Source: Eledone cirrhosa (taxonomy: Eukaryota). Taken from it: DNA of 44,836 bases. The position numbers and the translations under genes are program-made. A model generated the notes under the pieces. That model searched no databases and had not been told where the DNA came from. It saw only the letters and a program-made list of their open reading frames with translations. The stretch spans positions 1-44,836 of the forward strand of contig CAXHJY010001235.1 of NCBI GenBank assembly GCA_964016885.1. The letters run 5' to 3'. Positions 37,721 through 44,836 of the stretch are shown here, in pieces; the first letter of the stretch is position 1; each line of letters opens with the position of its first letter.

Positions 37721-38675
37721 TAGACATGAAAAATGCGCAAGCTCAAAAGTGCCACAGAATGTTATAATAAACCTTCAAAAGTGTGGGACTAGAGTTGTTG
37801 CTAAAAAATATTGTAATCATTATATATCGTACATTCTGTGGCATCCTTTATAAAAATAGCTTAAACCAACGAAGCCTTTATTTTTACGCTATTTCACTTA
37901 GTTAATTCTTAGAGTGTAACATATAAAAATATGATTTACAACTATAAAATAAATTAATTAATATAATAACAGAGCTGCGGAGCTGAAATTTAGGAAATAA
38001 TGGAGTATCGGATCCTGAGTTGGAGCCAGTCAATTTTTGGCCGACTCCGCAGCCCTGTATAATACATTTCATATTAAAGTTATTAATAAACCTATTTTAC
38101 ACTTCATGCAAATTACCACGAGATATTGATATTAGATATAAGATACAGCGCAATATCTACAGCTGTAAAAGTACGAAAGCGAAGTAATAATAAGTGGCTT
38201 AAGGTAATTCCAATATGAAAGTTTGTAGTGATAAAAATTTGATAATGCAATACGATTGTTAATATTATAGTTCTATGAAAATGTAACAATAGATAACTAA
38301 ATTATTTTACTATTAGTATATTTAAGAAATTATCATTATAGATTTGATCGTTCATATAAGCATCATATTAAGTTTCAACACAATTATTTTGTTACTATGA
38401 GTATATGATAATAATATTACGTAATTATTTATAGCTGTTATTACATTAAACATAGATGTATTTATTTTTATATGTTACACTCTAAGAATTAACTAAGTGA
38501 AATAGCGTAAAAATAAAGGCTTCGTTGGTTTAAGCTATTTTTATAAAGGATGCCACAGAATGTACGATATATAATGATTACAATATTTTTTAGCAACAAC
38601 TCTAGTCCCACACTTTTGAAGGTTTATTATAACATTCTGTGGCACTTTTGAGCTTGCGCATTTTTCATGTCTAGT
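37719..38675. repeat. 213-bp apparently perfect inverted repeat (37719-37931 / 38463-38675), foldback/MITE-like
   Basis: Arms are reverse complements; both outer ends read CTAGT; left end abuts (TA)n; no TSD found. Confidence 0.9.
37970..38057. mobile_element. 88-bp hAT MITE nested in the spacer of the 213-bp IR
   Basis: TIRs CAGAGCTGCGGAG / CTCCGCAGCCCTG; 8-bp TSD TATAATAA / TATAATAC. Confidence 0.75.
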
Positions 38676-39233
38676 TTAATATTTTTTTAAGGCAACGCTT
38701 GTAATAACTCTAGTTAAACAGGATATATATTAATAATAAATTATCGTTGTAATGTAATTAGATTATGTAATTGTTATTATAAATTATCTTATAAATATTA
38801 GTGTAAGATGTATAAAAATATTTTCAGACTTTTAATATAAACAACTACAAAAAACAATCAATATTAAATCAATATATTATACATAATAGAAAACATAAAA
38901 TATACAATACAAAAACAAAATATTTACATACAATTGCAATTATCAGTGTATATACATTTTCTTTATATTCCCTGAGCAAATTAATAAGATTTGTTTTTAT
39001 TGTACATAATTTGATGACTTGTTGGAGTGTATTAAAAGATAGCAACAATTTGTGATTAAATTGTTATCTTAAGCAACTCACTTTTTAATAGTTGTTGGCT
39101 GAGCGAAATTGTAAAAGCCTATGAGCAAATATAAAAAAAAATACACAAACAACATTTCCTTGTGTTATTACAACATTAGATAGAATAATTGAGCAATGTC
39201 GTTATATTTTGCTCTTATTGCACATTAATAGTG

Positions 39234-39397
39234 TTTCTATTTTTCGGCACAAATCCATTACGGCAGTCCATTACTGGTACTTTATTTTATCGAATTAGTA
39301 AGTATGAAAGTCGAAGTTAACCTCGGCAGGATTTGAACTTAGAATGCAAAGGACCATAACAATACTGCAAAGCATGGTGTCTGACGCTCTACCAATA
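39234..39397 (-). mobile_element. Decayed Nin/Deu-like SINE (another stub at ~40210-40260)
   Basis: TTACTGGTACTTTATTTTATCGA...AACCTCGGCAGGATTTGAACT, as at 18832-19017. Confidence 0.7.
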
Positions 39398-39789
39398 CTT
39401 GTGTTGAGCTGGTCATTAATTTATGGTGGTCGTGCGTGGAGTAGAGCAATCGCTAGTTGAAATATTATGAACAAAACATTTTTATTTGCCGAAGAACATA
39501 TTTTCAATACTGTTTGTGAATGTGACGAAGGAAATACATTCTGATATGGAACAGTGTACAAAGTGTGTCTGTGAATAACATAATGTTACCTCATGTTGTT
39601 GTCAAGACATAATGGATTTCGTATATCCAGTTAGAAGATGAAACCTAGCCATCTCGGATTAGTTATATTTCATGCCATGTGTAAACGTGTTTGAGGATAG
39701 CAAAATATGCGCGTTAATTATAATAATTAGTTAATAATATTACAAAATATACCTAATTAAACTCTTTGCTTGAAATTTTATCATTCTTC

Positions 39790-39839
<50 letters not shown>

Positions 39840-40463
39840 GGAGAGAGATTTATCTAGTCCTTCGCTCAAGATTAATCTATAAGTTTAGATGTTTGCCTTC
39901 GTTTAAGTAAATATTACAGTAAGATTTTTAATATAAACAACTACAAAAAACAATTAATATTAAAACGAAAAAATTATCAATGATAAAAGAAGCGGATGCA
40001 ACTTTTTTTTTTATAAAGTTATATTCCTGTTTCTTTAAAGAACATTTCATTTTTGTTCTATTGTAGGCGAAATAATGCAATGGTTTAATAGGGAAGATAT
40101 AACTTACGAATTATGTCTCTAACCGTGTAACGCTTTTTAAGTAGATAACTACAATTGAAAATACTAAAGAAATGGAACCAACAATTCAATTTGAAAGTCG
40201 TCTAGTGACAGTGTATTACTGGTACTTTATTTTATCGACCCCGTAACGATGAAAGGCAAAAATGCAAATGCTTAAAATTTAAATTGCCTTAATTCTATCG
40301 TCTGCTGTTTCATTAAAGGGAGATTATCGTCTGTATTTAATTCTATCGTCTACTGTTCCACTAAACAGATATACCTCCACTATCGTCTCTATTTATACAT
40401 TTTAACTTATAACTTATACACATTTGATTTGAAATATTTTATCTAGTCCCCCCTCTCAATAAT

Positions 40464-40507
40464 ATGATGATTTCTTTCGAATGAAACAGTTCTAGTCCTG
40501 TAGAAGC
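40464..40507 (+). ncRNA. 5'-truncated copy of the 35381 hammerhead
   Basis: ATGATGA-TTTCTTTCGAAT-GAA-ACAGTTCTAGTCCTGT-A-GAAGCC; lacks C3 and the 5' strand of stem I, so probably inactive alone. Confidence 0.65.
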
Positions 40508-41198
40508 CATTTATATATATAATTGAACTGAGTTAAAAATTCACAATATTTATAATTAAATAAGCTCATATATATATGTGTGTATTTATCTGTTTATTGT
40601 ATTATATATAATGTGTGTATATACAGGATGTCCCCCAAAATATATACACACTTCAACAGCATTCTAATAACTATTGCCTGTACAGGTAATCAAAGTGTCA
40701 ATCGAATGTTAGTTTCGTGTTTTAACAGTACAAATTTACAATACACACATAAAACCAGTGTATATACATACATGAGTGTGTATACACATACATGAATGTG
40801 TATATACAATATATATGTATATATATATATAGACACATATATTCACGGTGCAACGGTACATTAAAATATAGATGCGGGAGAGGGGGGGGTGTATATATAG
40901 GGGCGCTGGGGATAAAGGAGTGTAAAGCGTGTGTAATTGATATATTGAAGGAGAGGAGCGTGCAGCGATAGAGTAACAAATATATAGAGAGGGGGAGAGA
41001 TGGTATTGAAGGGGAGGAGTGCAAAGCGAAAGAGTAAGAGATATATATAGAGACGGAACAGATAGAGAGAAACAGGCGTAAGTAACAGTGGAAGAGATAT
41101 AGAGAGAGGTACTCTGATTGGTTGAAAATTAGCCAATGACATACGATCACCACCACCACGGCTATCCCCGAAAAATTTTTATAGAAGCTAGGCATATA

Positions 41199-41252
41199 TG
41201 TTAGAACACGAAAAGTGAACATTCTGTTGTTTCACACTTTTCGTGTTCTAAC

Positions 41253-41253
<1 letters not shown>
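41199..41253. repeat. Perfect 19-bp-arm hairpin next to (TA)n
   Basis: TGTTAGAACACGAAAAGTG ... CACTTTTCGTGTTCTAACA. Confidence 0.85.
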
Positions 41254-41330
<77 letters not shown>

Positions 41331-41582
41331 GTAGGAGGTGAGTTTTATTGTAGTACAATAAAGCAATGCAGATATCGGATAAGAAGCACTCTACAGTTTG
41401 TAGGACTGGAGTATACATAATATATAAGAACAAAAGATGGTTAAAAGAGTTCCATGTATTTTATTATGCGCATTTCAAAAACAAATATCATCATGCAATA
41501 ATATTTGTGTTTTCATCAGATAAAATAGGAAGACATGATATGAAGGTTAAAAAACACTTGTGAATAGTGCAGTTTTAAATCA

Positions 41583-41667
<85 letters not shown>

Positions 41668-41723
41668 ATATATAGATATATATTTATATATGTATGTATA
41701 CAGACACACACACACATATATGT

Positions 41724-42566
41724 ATATATATAAAATTAAGTGTGTGTGTGTGTTACCTATAGGGGCCTACATCTTACGACCGATTTTCATGAAACTTTAC
41801 AGGCTCATAGATCAGTCATCGGGGAGTGTTTTCTATATATCAGCGTATCGTTTTTTTTTTTATTCCGGGGTCATTCTGCAGATAAAAATCGATAGGTGTG
41901 TGTGTGGGGGAGGGGGTCACCTTTTTTTAGATATTGAAAAATAAGATTTTTGGCACTAGCTCCCACATTTTGCCACCGATTTCGTTCAAATTTTAAAGCA
42001 AAATTGAATTTATCATTGCACATCCTGTAATGACTTTACATTTTGGATTTTTTGTTCAGGAACGGCGTGGGAGCCGCTTAAATATTCGAAAATACCACCT
42101 TTTCACTCAAATTTCCGCCTTTTCGGCTCTAGCTCCCACATTTTTCAACCGATTTCGTTCAAATTCGAAACTTCGGCTCCACCTCACACATAAATCAATT
42201 TATTTGGTTCAACTTTTATACTACGATAGAACCTATCATTGCACATCTTAGAGATGGTCAAAGGCAAAACGATGGCCACTGACGTCGTCTGAGCTTTTAG
42301 TTGTGTATTTGAGAATTCATTGGTTTCAAAACAAGTAGCGTGAGGAAATTTGGCTTAGTGTTAGAGGTCATTACCTCCCCTTCCTCCAGCATGCCCCTTC
42401 GTCAATCACCCGCGTTTCTCAGTGATAGAGGTCATCACCACCCTCCCCCGCATGGCCTGTGTGTGGCCATAGATGAGTCATCAAGAAGCAGTCGCTAAGA
42501 CCAACACCTTTTCATCAAAGGAGATATTATTTTACCTACCCAGGCAACGCTGGGTACTGCTGCTAG
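41724..42566 (+). mobile_element. Non-autonomous Helitron
   Basis: Head ATATAAAATTAAG(TG)n...CCGATTTTCATGAAACTTT; 3' hairpin ACCCAGGCAACGCTGGGT (42538-42555) followed by CTAG|T. Confidence 0.8.
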
Positions 42567-43348
42567 TATATATATATATAAGTTGAAGGTAGGCATTGTT
42601 GTTGTTCTTGTTGCTGTGAAAGTGTGTGTGTTGGTGTGAAAGTGTGTGTGTTAGTGTGTGTGTGTATCTGTGAAAGTGAGTGTGTTGCTGTGAAAGTGAA
42701 TGTATGAGTGTGTGTGTGTGTGTGTGTGTGTGTGTTGTTATATATATGTGTATGTGTTGGTATGTATCTGTGTGTGTATCTGTGAAAGTGTGTGTGTTTG
42801 TGTGTTGGTGTGTTGTTATATAGGTATGTCTGTGTTAGTGTGTATATATGTGAGTGTGTGTTGGTGTGTTGTTATATGTATGTATGTGTGTTAGTGTGTA
42901 TCTGTGTGAGTGTGTGTGTTAGTGTGTATGTGTGAGTGTGTGTGTTGATGTATTGTTATATGTATGTGTGTGTTAGTGTGTATATATGTGTGAGTGTGTG
43001 TCTGTGTTGTTATATGTATGTGTGTGTGTGTTGGTGTAGTTATATGTATGTGTGTGTTAGTGTGTATATATGTGTGTTGTTATATGTATGTGTGTGTGTA
43101 TTAGTGTGTATATATGTATGTGTGTATTAGTGTGTATATATGTGAGTGTGTGTGTGTGTGTTGTTATATGTATGTGTGTATTAGTGTGTATATATGTGAG
43201 TGTGTGTGTGTGTGTTGTTATATGTATGTGTGTGTGTGAAAGGGGTCGATAATGTTGATGTAGGTGATAGAGGGTGCGAGGTCAGGGACAGGTGAAGCTG
43301 TTGACTCACAACGAACTGAGGCTTGATTGTTGCGATTGCATCAGAGAG

Positions 43349-43401
<53 letters not shown>

Positions 43402-43541
43402 AACTGTTTCCCATCGACCGAAAAGTGCAACGATGAAGAAATCATCCAGAGGCCCTTGTACACACACACACACACCACACACATATATATGTGTGCGTGT
43501 GTGTGTGTATACATTTATACATATATATACATATATATATG

Positions 43542-43601
<60 letters not shown>

Positions 43602-43668
43602 GATGTACATATATATACATATACATATATACGTATGTATATATATATATACCTTTATATATATATAC

Positions 43669-43701
<33 letters not shown>

Positions 43702-43724
43702 TACATACCTATATATATATATAC

Positions 43725-43767
<43 letters not shown>

Positions 43768-43818
43768 CATATATATAAATATATATATATATATACATAT
43801 ACATACATATATATATAA

Positions 43819-43889
<71 letters not shown>

Positions 43890-43983
43890 CATATATATAT
43901 ACATACATACATATATATACATATATATGTATATATATATATATATATACACACACATACGTATACACACACTTAAGTAGAGA

Positions 43984-44118
43984 TGCATCATCGATGCAAT
44001 ACATGCAGCCATGTATTGCACACACTTGCAAGTGTGCACTGCATACTTGCATATTTGCAAGTATGCAAGAATTAGTGCAACCATTCAGTAAAGGCAAGAG
44101 TGACGTAAAATGGCGGCC
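43984..44118. promoter_or_regulatory. Palindrome cluster followed by TGACGT and a YY1-type motif (promoter-like island)
   Basis: Four consecutive palindromes at 43984-44067, TGACGT at 44101-44106 and AAAATGGCGGC at 44107-44117. Confidence 0.35.
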
Positions 44119-44169
44119 GTTGATGAGGAATTTTGTCAGCTGTATGGTGTTATATCAGATAAGGATATA

Positions 44170-44314
<145 letters not shown>

Positions 44315-44320
44315 ATATGA

Positions 44321-44359
<39 letters not shown>

Positions 44360-44386
44360 TATGAATATATATATATATATATATGA

Positions 44387-44423
<37 letters not shown>

Positions 44424-44448
44424 TATATGAATATATATATATATATGA

Positions 44449-44489
<41 letters not shown>

Positions 44490-44496
44490 TATATGA

Positions 44497-44537
<41 letters not shown>

Positions 44538-44544
44538 TATATGA

Positions 44545-44579
<35 letters not shown>

Positions 44580-44582
44580 TGA

Positions 44583-44617
<35 letters not shown>

Positions 44618-44671
44618 TATGAATATATATATATATGAATATATATATATATGAATATATATATATATATA

Positions 44672-44754
<83 letters not shown>

Positions 44755-44756
<2 letters not shown>

Positions 44757-44836
44757 CGAAGGAAATGTGGTAAGGAACCAGGTGGACCATAACGCACCAA
44801 AGTACTCAATACTTGAGGTAGTAGAGTGGGTAATAG
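44755..44836. mobile_element. Another copy of the 37082 element (runs off window end)
   Basis: Matches 37082-37163 with a single difference seen; follows a (TA)n-rich tract. Confidence 0.85.

Noticed and set aside
40624-40700. TA-CAGGATGTCCCCCAAAA mariner-like left end
   Set aside because: No matching right TIR or transposase sequence found.

Overview
Eukaryotic, AT-rich, repeat-saturated non-coding DNA with no prokaryotic genes, rRNA/tRNA genes or CRISPR. The SINE/RTE repertoire and microsatellite load suggest an octopus or other coleoid cephalopod (inference, not database-checked). Almost all long ORFs in the track are microsatellite artefacts. Recognisable content: a full-length but inactivated DD37D (maT) Tc1/mariner transposon (97-1380); RTE, CR1 and CRE-like LINE fragments; two tRNA-derived SINE types; three non-autonomous Helitrons; hAT and Tc1/pogo MITEs; and several minisatellites, some built from LINE coding sequence or a transposon TIR. 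The most striking signal is a dispersed set of minimal type-I hammerhead ribozyme motifs with palindromic stem III: four with intact cores, one unusual variant (U3-A8 core, branched stem II) and several decayed ones. They lie in short non-coding elements next to (TA)n tracts, often inside or at the apex of fold-back inverted duplications of 27-402 bp, as expected for Penelope-like pseudo-LTR/retrozyme-type elements. A few weak host-exon candidates and a palindrome-rich, YY1-motif-containing promoter-like island near 44 kb are also noted. All alignments and folds were done by eye.
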